Source of the DNA: a virus
Length of the DNA stretch: 64,000 nt
Reading direction: 5' to 3' (one strand)
IMG/VR virus record: IMGVR_UViG_3300046323_000360
Span: 1-64,000 of that record
In this document: positions 52,748-61,428 of the stretch, piece by piece
Layout of the letters: the number at the start of each line of letters is the position of its first letter
Position numbering within the stretch: position 1 is the first letter of the stretch
Notes under the pieces: generated by a model
The model's database searches: none
Told to the model about the DNA's origin: nothing
The model's input: only the letters and a program-made list of their open reading frames with translations
Program-made: the position numbers and the translations under genes

Positions 52748-55650
52748 CTGCGGTTCTCGCTCTTCTCTACAACTTCAACCTGCTCATTACCATTTTCATC
52801 GATATAGAAGACAGCTAATCCAGGGGCTCCACCATCAGCAGCAGGCACCTCTTGAGTCTCAACTACGACTCCTAGGTAGTCTCCATTTGAGCCATAAAAA
52901 CTATCATTAGGCTGCAACTGGGTAACGTTTCCATCTACAGGAGCTGCTGGAGTAGCATCTGCAGCAGGAGTATTATCCACTGCTGGAGTAGCATCTGCAG
53001 CAGGGGTACCTGTATTTACTACAGGAGTTGCAGTGCTGCTATCACTAGTCTGAGTGCCACTAGAGTTAGCTGGCTTACCATTGCTTCCAAGGTATGGCTG
53101 GCTAGCATTAGGGTTAGCTGCATTAGGGTCAATAGGAGTGGTATCAGATGGCTTCTGCTCAGCAGGGGTTTCACCAGAACGCTTCTGGTTGAAGACATCT
53201 AGTGCTGGACCTAGCAGTGCTTTTCTTAGGGCTAGCTTCTCGTCCAGTTTTGCATTTGCAGTGTAGTTAGTTAGGTCTGGATTCCCGAACTCTGAGGTTG
53301 GACCAGCAGGGAACATATTACGAGTCTGTAGTAGATCTACAGAAGTACCATCAGCAAACTGCACACGAACTGTGTCGTGATACTGACCATTCTTACCGCT
53401 ACCAGCATTGAATGCAATAATCTGACCTACAGAGTGGTCTTTCTCATTAGGGAAGTAGACTACCTTATCGCCAAGCTTGGCAACAGTATTTCCATCTCCA
53501 TAGACATACGGGGTTCTGTTCACATCGCGAAGATCAACTTTGTTGCTCTTCATATACATGTCTAGAAGGTTTGCATAGGTGTGGAATCCCTTAGCATTAC
53601 TCTGACCAGCAAATCTAGATACAATACCCTTACGTAAGGTGTCAGTCAGAAGTTTACGTGAATCAGGGCTATCTGGCATTCTTCCAAGCAGCTGAGTAAT
53701 TCGCCACTTCATATCTTCGTAGTTCTTAGACTCTAGAGCATCCCAGAATGGTGATACCTGACCACGAAGTACGTTACCGAACTGGTAGCGTGGCTCACCG
53801 TCTGGACCAATACCAGTCTGCACCATGCTCATGTTAAGCTTACGGTCTGTTCCTTCTAGGAACTTACTAATATTTTCTTCAGGTGTTAGGAATGCCCAAC
53901 CGAACTTGTCGCTTCCCTTGCGGAAATACTTTAGACGTTGATTTAGGTCTTTATTAGGGCCAAAGTAAGTAGAGATTTCACGAGTAATCTTAGTTCCAGG
54001 TCTAGTCTCACCTAGAAGATGACCGCGCATCGTAAGAAGACCATTTCTCTTAGCAAAGATGCCAGCAAATGAGTCCTTATAGTCAGCTAGTTGGAAGTCC
54101 TTAACTTCACCAGTGGCTGCATCAGTAAATTTGTAGTGCTGTACAAACTGGTTTCCGTAAGTCCTAGATAGTCCCATCTCGAAGGCATACTTCTTACCAG
54201 TTACAGGGTCAGTCCACTCACTGCGCTCAAGGATGATCTTGTTGTTATCTCCCTGAACCTTAGCATCAGGGAACTTCTCTAGAATTGCGTTTACAATCGC
54301 ATTAGGATCCTGAATAATCTTCTTAGGGTTATTAGGGTCGCGAACTGGTTTACCGTTCTCGTCTAGTAGGGGGGTGTTTAGTTCTAGGTCGCGGAGAGCA
54401 TTATCATCTAGACCATTGGTGTTTAGGGCTACATCTCCACCGTCATCAATGCGACCCTTAGCCTTAGCAATCTCTGCTGCACTCTTCTTCTCTACTGGAG
54501 GGATAGTAGGGGCGGCCTTCTTAGGTGCAACAACAGTAGGGGTCTTCTTAGGGCTAGTTGACTTACCAAAGTGAGCCTTAACCTGGTCAAGAACTGCCTT
54601 AGCGTCATCTGAAGAAACATCTTCACCGTTGTCTAGTCTAGAGACTAGATCATCGAAGCTCTGCTTAACAGCAGGGTCAATGTTAGGGTCATTTGCAACC
54701 TGGTCAGCAAAGTTGTCAATCTGATCAACCTGAACCTTAGTAACTGACTTGGCTGCAGGAGTTGAAGCTGGAGCAGGAGCAGCCTTCTTAGGAGCAACAT
54801 TAAAGTTAGTGTTTGATGCAGCAATAGTCTTTGCTGTTGTACCATCTGCCTTAGTGAAGGTGATCTCAGAGCGACCGTTTCCTGCATCTTTGCTGGTTAC
54901 ATAAGTAACTATGTTGCCATTCTTGTCAACAATCTGGTCACCAGGATTAAGGTCAATAAGCTTCTTTGTCTTGGCTCCGCCATCGCTCGGCCCCTGCGCT
55001 GCATTGATTACTATATCAACGGTAGGAGTTCCACCGTTCATAGCGTCGTTCCATGCATTGGCTATTGCCTGATCATGGGAGTCACCTGGTGCAGCTGGTG
55101 TAGCTGGTGCAGGAGAACCATTAGCATCTGCAGCATCTCTAGCTTTACCTTCTGCAGAGTCTTTGTACTGAGACATCTCTTTACCCTCAGGGGTAGCAGT
55201 CCCGCCATCAGCTAGGTTTAGGTCACCAGGTGTGATGTCAGCAGTCTCTGTAGTTGCAAGATCCTGAGGCACAAGACCTCCAACATCATTACCAAACTTA
55301 TCTGCATTAGGGTCAATACCCTGAGACTTTAGATATTCAGCCGATAGCTGAGCCTTGATGGATTCCAAGCTATCAGAGTTAACGGCATAGACGCCATCTT
55401 TGAGATTAGGATTACCCTTAATGAGGATACGAGCCTGGTCTGCGCTACCAGTTGAACCAACAACCTTACCAATCGCGCTGAACTCTTCAACGGTTCCATC
55501 GGCACGGAGCTTCTTGAATAGAGCACGGGCTTCGGCACCCATCTCCATCCAACGCTTCTTGTGGTCACGAGGCTGGTGACGCCAGAAGCCCTTGTTAGCA
55601 CCATCGTTAAATCCGATACCCGCTACGATTGGGTCAAGTTCGTTGGACAT
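52738..55650 (-). CDS. Large putative internal virion/head protein (carrier of the frameshift effector)
   Basis: 970 aa between the portal/dps genes and the protease; GAGG SD; N-terminal QPRDHKKRWMEMG motif; Pro/Ala-rich linkers and SH3/KOW-like modules. Confidence 0.7.
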   Translation of the reverse strand: MSNELDPIVAGIGFNDGANKGFWRHQPRDHKKRWMEMGAEARALFKKLRADGTVEEFSAIGKVVGSTGSADQARILIKGNPNLKDGVYAVNSDSLESIKAQLSAEYLKSQGIDPNADKFGNDVGGLVPQDLATTETADITPGDLNLADGGTATPEGKEMSQYKDSAEGKARDAADANGSPAPATPAAPGDSHDQAIANAWNDAMNGGTPTVDIVINAAQGPSDGGAKTKKLIDLNPGDQIVDKNGNIVTYVTSKDAGNGRSEITFTKADGTTAKTIAASNTNFNVAPKKAAPAPASTPAAKSVTKVQVDQIDNFADQVANDPNIDPAVKQSFDDLVSRLDNGEDVSSDDAKAVLDQVKAHFGKSTSPKKTPTVVAPKKAAPTIPPVEKKSAAEIAKAKGRIDDGGDVALNTNGLDDNALRDLELNTPLLDENGKPVRDPNNPKKIIQDPNAIVNAILEKFPDAKVQGDNNKIILERSEWTDPVTGKKYAFEMGLSRTYGNQFVQHYKFTDAATGEVKDFQLADYKDSFAGIFAKRNGLLTMRGHLLGETRPGTKITREISTYFGPNKDLNQRLKYFRKGSDKFGWAFLTPEENISKFLEGTDRKLNMSMVQTGIGPDGEPRYQFGNVLRGQVSPFWDALESKNYEDMKWRITQLLGRMPDSPDSRKLLTDTLRKGIVSRFAGQSNAKGFHTYANLLDMYMKSNKVDLRDVNRTPYVYGDGNTVAKLGDKVVYFPNEKDHSVGQIIAFNAGSGKNGQYHDTVRVQFADGTSVDLLQTRNMFPAGPTSEFGNPDLTNYTANAKLDEKLALRKALLGPALDVFNQKRSGETPAEQKPSDTTPIDPNAANPNASQPYLGSNGKPANSSGTQTSDSSTATPVVNTGTPAADATPAVDNTPAADATPAAPVDGNVTQLQPNDSFYGSNGDYLGVVVETQEVPAADGGAPGLAVFYIDENGNEQVEVVEKSENRSPK

Positions 55651-55742
55651 ATGTATCCTCTACGTGATAATAGTAAATGAGTGCTAATAAAGCACTATCT
55701 CAATTTTATAGAATAATTTGAATGTTGATTTGAGTGAAGCAG

Positions 55743-55777
55743 AAAAAACTGCCCTGCTTGGTGTAAACAGGGCAGTT
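55743..55777 (-). terminator. Intrinsic terminator after dps
   Basis: AACTGCCCTGTTT-ACACC-AAGCAGGGCAGTT followed by TTTT. Confidence 0.8.
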
Positions 55778-55784
55778 AATTTAA

Positions 55785-56321
55785 CTACTTAAGACCTAGC
55801 GTAGCCTTTAGCTGCCAGTTCCACTTTTGGTGCATGTCGATGCGCTCTGCAAGGAAATTTGCAATACCCTGCTCATTGATTCCGTTAGCTACACTGAATG
55901 CGCTCTTTGCACAGCCAATTAGGTGACCATTCAGTTCGAATAATGACTCAATCATTTCCTTGGCGTAGCCGTCTTCAATACGTGCAATATCCTTGATACA
56001 GCTTAGAGCTTCAAAATCTCCTAGGAAATATGGAGCGTCATATCCGAGCTTAACTATGTTTTCTGCTAGAGGGTCAATAGCACCGTCCAGGTCTCCATAG
56101 ATCTCTGAGAAGAAAGCGTGCATCTCCTTGAAGTCTGGTCCAGTGACATTCCAGTGGTATCCCTGCGCAATGTGGCTGAGGGCTACAGTGTCAGCCAGTA
56201 GGTGCGCAAGACTTTCTGCAAGCTCAGCTTTAGGGCTAACCTCTGGAACAACTGATTCTTCTGTTTCATACTCCTGAATAGCATCTATATCAAACTCTGG
56301 AGCGTTTACTTCTTCATACAT
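55785..56321 (-). CDS. dps: Dps (DNA-binding ferritin-like protein)
   Basis: HWNVTGPDFKEMHAFF, D.LAE and HQKWNWQL Dps signatures. Confidence 0.92.
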   Translation of the reverse strand: MYEEVNAPEFDIDAIQEYETEESVVPEVSPKAELAESLAHLLADTVALSHIAQGYHWNVTGPDFKEMHAFFSEIYGDLDGAIDPLAENIVKLGYDAPYFLGDFEALSCIKDIARIEDGYAKEMIESLFELNGHLIGCAKSAFSVANGINEQGIANFLAERIDMHQKWNWQLKATLGLK

Positions 56322-56322
56322 A

Positions 56323-58092
56323 TTATGCCTTTGGTTCTGCTAGAGCAGGGGCTTGCCCTGCGGGTGGGGTTGTGGATTGTCCTTCTGGAGCAGCAGCTGG
56401 CTGACCTTGTAGAGCCTGTGCAAGCTCTGGTGGAATCGGCGCTACTGAGTTCTGTTGCTGAATACTCTTAGTCATGTCCATAATCTCTGGAGCCACGGCG
56501 CTAAGCATTGCTTCTGTTAGGTCCGGGGTAATTGTCCCCTTATTGATAATCAAACGAAGAGCCAGTTCCTGAGGGGTTGGGGCATCTTGGTCTGAGAATC
56601 CGTGAGCACGTCTCCAGGTCTCGTAACTGACTGCAAGCTTGTCAAATCCAGCATCTGCATCAGCAGCGCGGTCATTACGAGTTGCTACAAGGCTTGGGTC
56701 ATACCAGATGTGGAGGCGGTTTACGCTCTCCTCTGGGTATCCGAGAGACTTAAGATATGGACGCAGGTATACAACTGTTAGAGCGTCAACAATCAAAAGC
56801 ATTAGAGGCTCGATGTGAGCCTTGTATAGACTCTCGTCAATCTGCATAGCATTTGAGTACTTAACATTGGCAAGTCCAGTAACGATGTCTTTTGGAACAT
56901 CAAGACCCTGCATAATGCGCTCAAGAACTCGATCAGCACGAGCAACTAGGTTCTCATCGAATGAACGCTCGAACTTGAACTGCTTAATCTTGTCACCAAG
57001 TTCTGCAGGTCCACGAATAATAAGTGGAACTACGGCGCTTGCTGAGTCTTCATCCTTAATCGGAGTGGTCATTGCATCGATAAGCTGGTCTTCAAAGTCA
57101 TCAGCGGCTTCTTCAGTATTGTAGACCTCGTTGTAATTACCCTCTTCATCGTAAGGGTAGTCAGGGTCAGGAGAAGATGCAACGCTTAGACCGTCCGGAA
57201 GGTAAAGAGCTCCAGCGTTGAGGCGTGAACGTGCAGTGGCACGGAAGGTGCGGTTAAGTAGAAGTAGTTCAGCGCAGAGGTCTAGTAGACCGCGTAGCGA
57301 GCTGTCAGCCTCCTGGCTGTAGCGTGGGTGCGCCTTCCAGACGCGACCAATAAATGCGTCTTTAGGGAGTCGAATTGATCCAATAGATCCACTTCCCAGA
57401 CCGGAAGTTCCAGAAGATACTTCACGGCGAGGAACAATAACATAGTTACCTTTAGAGTCGATCTGAAGTTCATCAGTTGATCTCATGTCCCAGGTTTCTG
57501 GGAGCTGAGAGCCAATACGCTCTGGAATCTGAACTAGGTAGCATTCACCAGTAACCTGCAGGTTTAGTGCAGCATCCTTAAGAAGACCTGGCTGACCACC
57601 GTAAGCACTGCTAAGACGGTTTAGTGCACGCTCTGCAGCAGCTCCTAGGTCTGAATCAATAACTGTTGACTTATCAACTGGAATAGGTGCTTCAGCTGAA
57701 CTCTCTACAACAGCAGTGTAAAGACGAATGCGTGAGACAACGCTGGCAACTAGGTTGAAGGCGTATTTGATTTCACCAATTGCGTCGTAGTATTCCCACG
57801 CCTCTGACTGCCAGCTAGATGCAGCTGACTGACGACGTGCCTTGAAAAGCTGAGCTTCCTGAGGGTCACCAATTTTAATTTGAACTGCAGCAGCTGTCAG
57901 TGGACGTGGTGCGTTAAAAGCTTGAGGTTCTGCATATACGATTCCGAAAGAATCTACAGATACACCAGGAGCAACCTGAGTGCGGTTAGTTCCAGCAGAT
58001 GCAGCACTGGCACGGAGTCTACCGTTTCCGTTAGAAACGTTACGGTTGTTGTTACCGTTTCCGTTATTAGAGTTACGTCTAAAGATACCCAA
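56323..58092 (-). CDS. Portal protein
   Basis: WQSEAWEYYDAIGEIKYA, NLQVTGECYL and SASAVVPLII motifs of actinophage portals; downstream of the terminase. Confidence 0.88.
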   Translation of the reverse strand: MGIFRRNSNNGNGNNNRNVSNGNGRLRASAASAGTNRTQVAPGVSVDSFGIVYAEPQAFNAPRPLTAAAVQIKIGDPQEAQLFKARRQSAASSWQSEAWEYYDAIGEIKYAFNLVASVVSRIRLYTAVVESSAEAPIPVDKSTVIDSDLGAAAERALNRLSSAYGGQPGLLKDAALNLQVTGECYLVQIPERIGSQLPETWDMRSTDELQIDSKGNYVIVPRREVSSGTSGLGSGSIGSIRLPKDAFIGRVWKAHPRYSQEADSSLRGLLDLCAELLLLNRTFRATARSRLNAGALYLPDGLSVASSPDPDYPYDEEGNYNEVYNTEEAADDFEDQLIDAMTTPIKDEDSASAVVPLIIRGPAELGDKIKQFKFERSFDENLVARADRVLERIMQGLDVPKDIVTGLANVKYSNAMQIDESLYKAHIEPLMLLIVDALTVVYLRPYLKSLGYPEESVNRLHIWYDPSLVATRNDRAADADAGFDKLAVSYETWRRAHGFSDQDAPTPQELALRLIINKGTITPDLTEAMLSAVAPEIMDMTKSIQQQNSVAPIPPELAQALQGQPAAAPEGQSTTPPAGQAPALAEPKA

Positions 58093-58123
58093 GGGTATTC
58101 GTTCTCCCTGCTTGCGAGGCGGG

Positions 58124-58417
58124 CTAGTCTAACTTATTAGAAATTAGCCCTATAACCGCTGATATGGACAGTACTAATGATACCACATACATTACTGCTG
58201 GTACTAAGAAATACCCTACAGCAAACAATATGGATACATACATTCCAAAGCACCAGTTACAGGTAATCAGATAGCCGAGGAAGGTATTTGGAGGGAACTT
58301 AGACCAGATCTTCTGGCGTAGAGGTTCTGTAATAGCGTCGGTTGTTATTAAACGCGTTAGTCTAAACGCCCCTAAGGATAGAAGCAGAAAAAGAAAAGGG
58401 TCTATTACGGGAAGCAT
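58124..58417 (-). CDS. DUF1360-like membrane protein
   Basis: FRLTRLITTD.ITEPLR and LITCNWC motifs with TM helices. Confidence 0.8.
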   Translation of the reverse strand: MLPVIDPFLFLLLSLGAFRLTRLITTDAITEPLRQKIWSKFPPNTFLGYLITCNWCFGMYVSILFAVGYFLVPAVMYVVSLVLSISAVIGLISNKLD

Positions 58418-58426
58418 CTTTACAGT

Positions 58427-58792
58427 CTACCCCTTTATGGAGGTTACAGTCTTGTATGGATTCCATCCGCGTAGACGTGAACCGCAACCGCAGTTTTCAT
58501 CTTTTTTGAAAGCTACCATTTTTCCAGTGTCCGTAATGACTCGGTGGTCATCTGCCTTTGAGACTGGCTGGTAATAGTTCTCTCTTGTGTAAGTTTCCAT
58601 GAACGCAATTACTGGACCTTGAGGACTATCGATAGCAATGAAGATATCTGTTTCGGTCATAACAACGCGAGCTGTTTGAACGTAGGTTGCACCTTTAGTA
58701 GGTGGGTCGGATTTGAGTAGGTCAATAGTCTCTAGTTCTCCGGGAGCAATGATTGCAACGTGTGCAGGGAAAACATCTACAGTGATTCGCAT
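58427..58792 (-). CDS. Hypothetical protein (C-terminal CGCGSRL..WNP)
   Basis: Coupled to the terminase stop (TAATG). Confidence 0.7.
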   Translation of the reverse strand: MRITVDVFPAHVAIIAPGELETIDLLKSDPPTKGATYVQTARVVMTETDIFIAIDSPQGPVIAFMETYTRENYYQPVSKADDHRVITDTGKMVAFKKDENCGCGSRLRGWNPYKTVTSIKG

Positions 58793-61239
58793 TATCGTAC
58801 TCGGAAGATTCCGCCACCGCGGTTTGGATTCTGAATTCCAATCTTGCGGTCTGACATAGACTTGGCTCTTATTTTTCCTCCGCTAAATCCGGCAGGTGGT
58901 TTGATGAGCAGAGCTGTGAGTGCGTGAACAAGTGCATCAACTCGGTCAGGAGATTTTCCTTCTCCTGGAACCCAGCTGATCATCTGAGACTCTAGATCAG
59001 CAATGTGTCCAACATGGTGAACGCGTCCCTGCTCGTAGGCAAGAGTGATAGGTTCTGCACGCAGTGCCTTACCTTGCTTTGAGTGGACTTCAAGAACCTT
59101 AATGGTCGGGTCAATAGTGTTGATTGCATTGCGAACCAGGGCTCCACCCTGGTTAACCTCGGCAACAACCGGGCAGCCCCACTTGCGTGCCATCTTTACA
59201 ACCTGCTCTGCCCAGACAGTCGGGGAGCCTAGAATCGACGCGTCTTCTAGCACCCAGGCGTTTCGCTTATATAAGTCGTGCTCTGCGGTAGACGCAACTA
59301 CAACAATTCCGCATTCGTCACGTGGGTTTTCAGCAACCGAAGGGTCAACGCCGATAACTCGTAGAGGTGTGGAGAATGGGTACATAGACTCTCGTCCAGC
59401 TTCAATCATCTCTTCAGTCCAGAGAGCGCCTTCCATGGCTTCAAGCATTTCTCCGTAGAGCTCCTGGCGAGCTAGAGAGGTTCCTTGGTAGACACCAAGC
59501 ATGGTATCCATATAGGCACCAGATAGGTTACCTGCGTTGTCCATCGTAGAACCGCGAGTAATAACAACTCGGTCTGTGCGGGACTCTTCAATAAGTTTGT
59601 AGAGAAGCGGAGTACGCTTCGGGGTAGTAGTTACCAGAATCTTTGGGTGAGCTCCAAGACGAGTACCAACACGCAAGTTATCAAATGCGGTCATACCTGC
59701 GGCATCAGGGGTCTGACGCCAGGCTGCAATTTCGTCCCCCCATGCGTGGGTGTTAGATGTAGGAATCATACCTTCACCTGCTAAGTATAGGTGGCTCTCG
59801 GAGTCAACGGTGATACAGCGCATAAGAACTGGAGAGATAGGATCAATTGAAATAATCGAGTGCTCAGTCGCTTGATAAGTCCAAGTATATCTAGCCTTAG
59901 CAACCTTACGTGGATTCCTAGCAAGCGGAATAGTAGAATTTACCTGAACATACCAAGACTGCTTATCATCTTGGACTCCACGTCGGCTACGAGGTTTTCT
60001 CTTATAAATCTTAGGAACCAGACCGAGACTTCTAGCTATCTCAGCGTAGCCGTCGATAAGATTTTTATTAGTGTTATAGAACCTAAATGCCCCGCTAGGC
60101 TCGACTCCGCCATCTGAATCTGTCATACCTTGCAGCAATGCAAGTCTTTCTTCTGGTGTTGATTTTAGGTATAAGTCAGGGATGTGCTTATTACCGTAGA
60201 GTCCCATCTTGCGCCACGCGCCGATAAGCCCTGGTGCCCAGACATGGTCTTTATTCTTATCCTCGCCAGAAATACCAGCGGCTGCTAATTCAGAGAATAA
60301 CCACTCTTTATCTTCAGAACTAGTTGCAATATAGCTAGGGGCCTTGCTTGCACCGTCGCCTAGAATGATTCCAAGAACCCAAGGGTCAATTGGTAGAGGG
60401 ACGTCATTTGGTGAATATTGAATAGCCCCTGTTGAAGGAATGTAAAGGCGTCTACCTAGATTTGCTAATAGTTGATTTGTATCTTTAACCTGGTGATTCT
60501 TAGACTCTCTACCGAAAGGCTGCGTGGCCCAAGTGTCGGGAATGTTTCCGCCAAAGTGAGTAGTCACATAACGAAGGTCAGTCTGTGTAAGGACCTTCCA
60601 GCGATGCTTGCCATCAGCATCAATGTGAGTCCCATTTGAAAAGTTAAGTCGGTAGCTATCAACTGCAAGGTCAATCTCATGCACCGCTGTTACTGTGCAA
60701 GGATTTCCAAGTTCATCAAAAACTTTATCGCCAACCTTTAAATCGCCCATGGTAGTCCAACCCGAGGGGGTAGGGATAGGAGTTGCAATATCTAAACGAA
60801 ACTGCGGACCACGGAGCGAGTCTGGCTCGTCAGCAGTGAATAGGGTGGCAGTATTTCCATTAGGCCAGGTTAGACGTCTCTTAGAGGGCTCGTATAGAGG
60901 TTTCTCTGATGGAGGCGTGACATTCATAATGCCAGATTCACCTTCAACGATAACGTCACGGACGTCTGCAGCAGTACGGGCAACAAGTGCGAAACGGCGT
61001 TGGCCCGTATTGGTGTACTTAGCCTGCTCTCTAACCCATTCCGAGGCTAGACGAGTTTTACCAAAACCACGTCCCGCAAGGACGAGCCAGATATTCCAGT
61101 CGCCTGCAGGAGCTTGCTGCTCTGGACGCCCCCAGATACTCCAGTCCCAGAGTAGATGTTCTGGATCCATTTCAGAAAGAGCAATAGCCCGCTCCTCCGG
61201 TGAGAGAAGAGCGAGTTGCTCCATAATACTTTTTCCCAT
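58792..61239 (-). CDS. terL: Terminase large subunit, interrupted by an intein
   Basis: Walker A AGRGFGKT; LRGPQF|THAWGDE (Walker B split by the intein); TTTP; nuclease motifs GVDP and SPDRVDA. Confidence 0.95.
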   Translation of the reverse strand: MGKSIMEQLALLSPEERAIALSEMDPEHLLWDWSIWGRPEQQAPAGDWNIWLVLAGRGFGKTRLASEWVREQAKYTNTGQRRFALVARTAADVRDVIVEGESGIMNVTPPSEKPLYEPSKRRLTWPNGNTATLFTADEPDSLRGPQFRLDIATPIPTPSGWTTMGDLKVGDKVFDELGNPCTVTAVHEIDLAVDSYRLNFSNGTHIDADGKHRWKVLTQTDLRYVTTHFGGNIPDTWATQPFGRESKNHQVKDTNQLLANLGRRLYIPSTGAIQYSPNDVPLPIDPWVLGIILGDGASKAPSYIATSSEDKEWLFSELAAAGISGEDKNKDHVWAPGLIGAWRKMGLYGNKHIPDLYLKSTPEERLALLQGMTDSDGGVEPSGAFRFYNTNKNLIDGYAEIARSLGLVPKIYKRKPRSRRGVQDDKQSWYVQVNSTIPLARNPRKVAKARYTWTYQATEHSIISIDPISPVLMRCITVDSESHLYLAGEGMIPTSNTHAWGDEIAAWRQTPDAAGMTAFDNLRVGTRLGAHPKILVTTTPKRTPLLYKLIEESRTDRVVITRGSTMDNAGNLSGAYMDTMLGVYQGTSLARQELYGEMLEAMEGALWTEEMIEAGRESMYPFSTPLRVIGVDPSVAENPRDECGIVVVASTAEHDLYKRNAWVLEDASILGSPTVWAEQVVKMARKWGCPVVAEVNQGGALVRNAINTIDPTIKVLEVHSKQGKALRAEPITLAYEQGRVHHVGHIADLESQMISWVPGEGKSPDRVDALVHALTALLIKPPAGFSGGKIRAKSMSDRKIGIQNPNRGGGIFRVR
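59752..60798 (-). mobile_element. 349-aa intein with LAGLIDADG homing endonuclease (class-3 WCT signature)
   Basis: Block A RLDIATPIPTPSGWTTMGDLKVGD; block B DGKHRW; LGIILGDG and LQGMTDSDG; block F MRCITVD; block G IPTSN|T. Excision restores GPQF-THAWGDE. Confidence 0.9.
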
Positions 61240-61248
61240 ATAACTATT

Positions 61249-61428
61249 CTACCTCTTGCTCTTGGAGAGCTCATAAATTTTGGTTCCCGCGTAGAGGTCT
61301 ATGGTAGTGGTGCCGTTTGCTTTATTATTCAGCACCACTCCATATCGACTCATACCTTGAAAACTGGATATACGTCCGTAGGGGAACTTAACTAGCGTGA
61401 TCCCTACGCAACGTAATAAACGCCGCAT
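61249..61428 (-). CDS. Small hypothetical protein (59 aa, below the ORF-track cutoff)
   Basis: ATG overlaps the upstream TAA (TAATG); reads MRRLLRCVGITLVKFPYGRISSFQGMSRYGVVLNNKANGTTTIDLYAGTKIYELSKSKR*; fills the gap exactly. Confidence 0.5.
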   Translation of the reverse strand: MRRLLRCVGITLVKFPYGRISSFQGMSRYGVVLNNKANGTTTIDLYAGTKIYELSKSKR

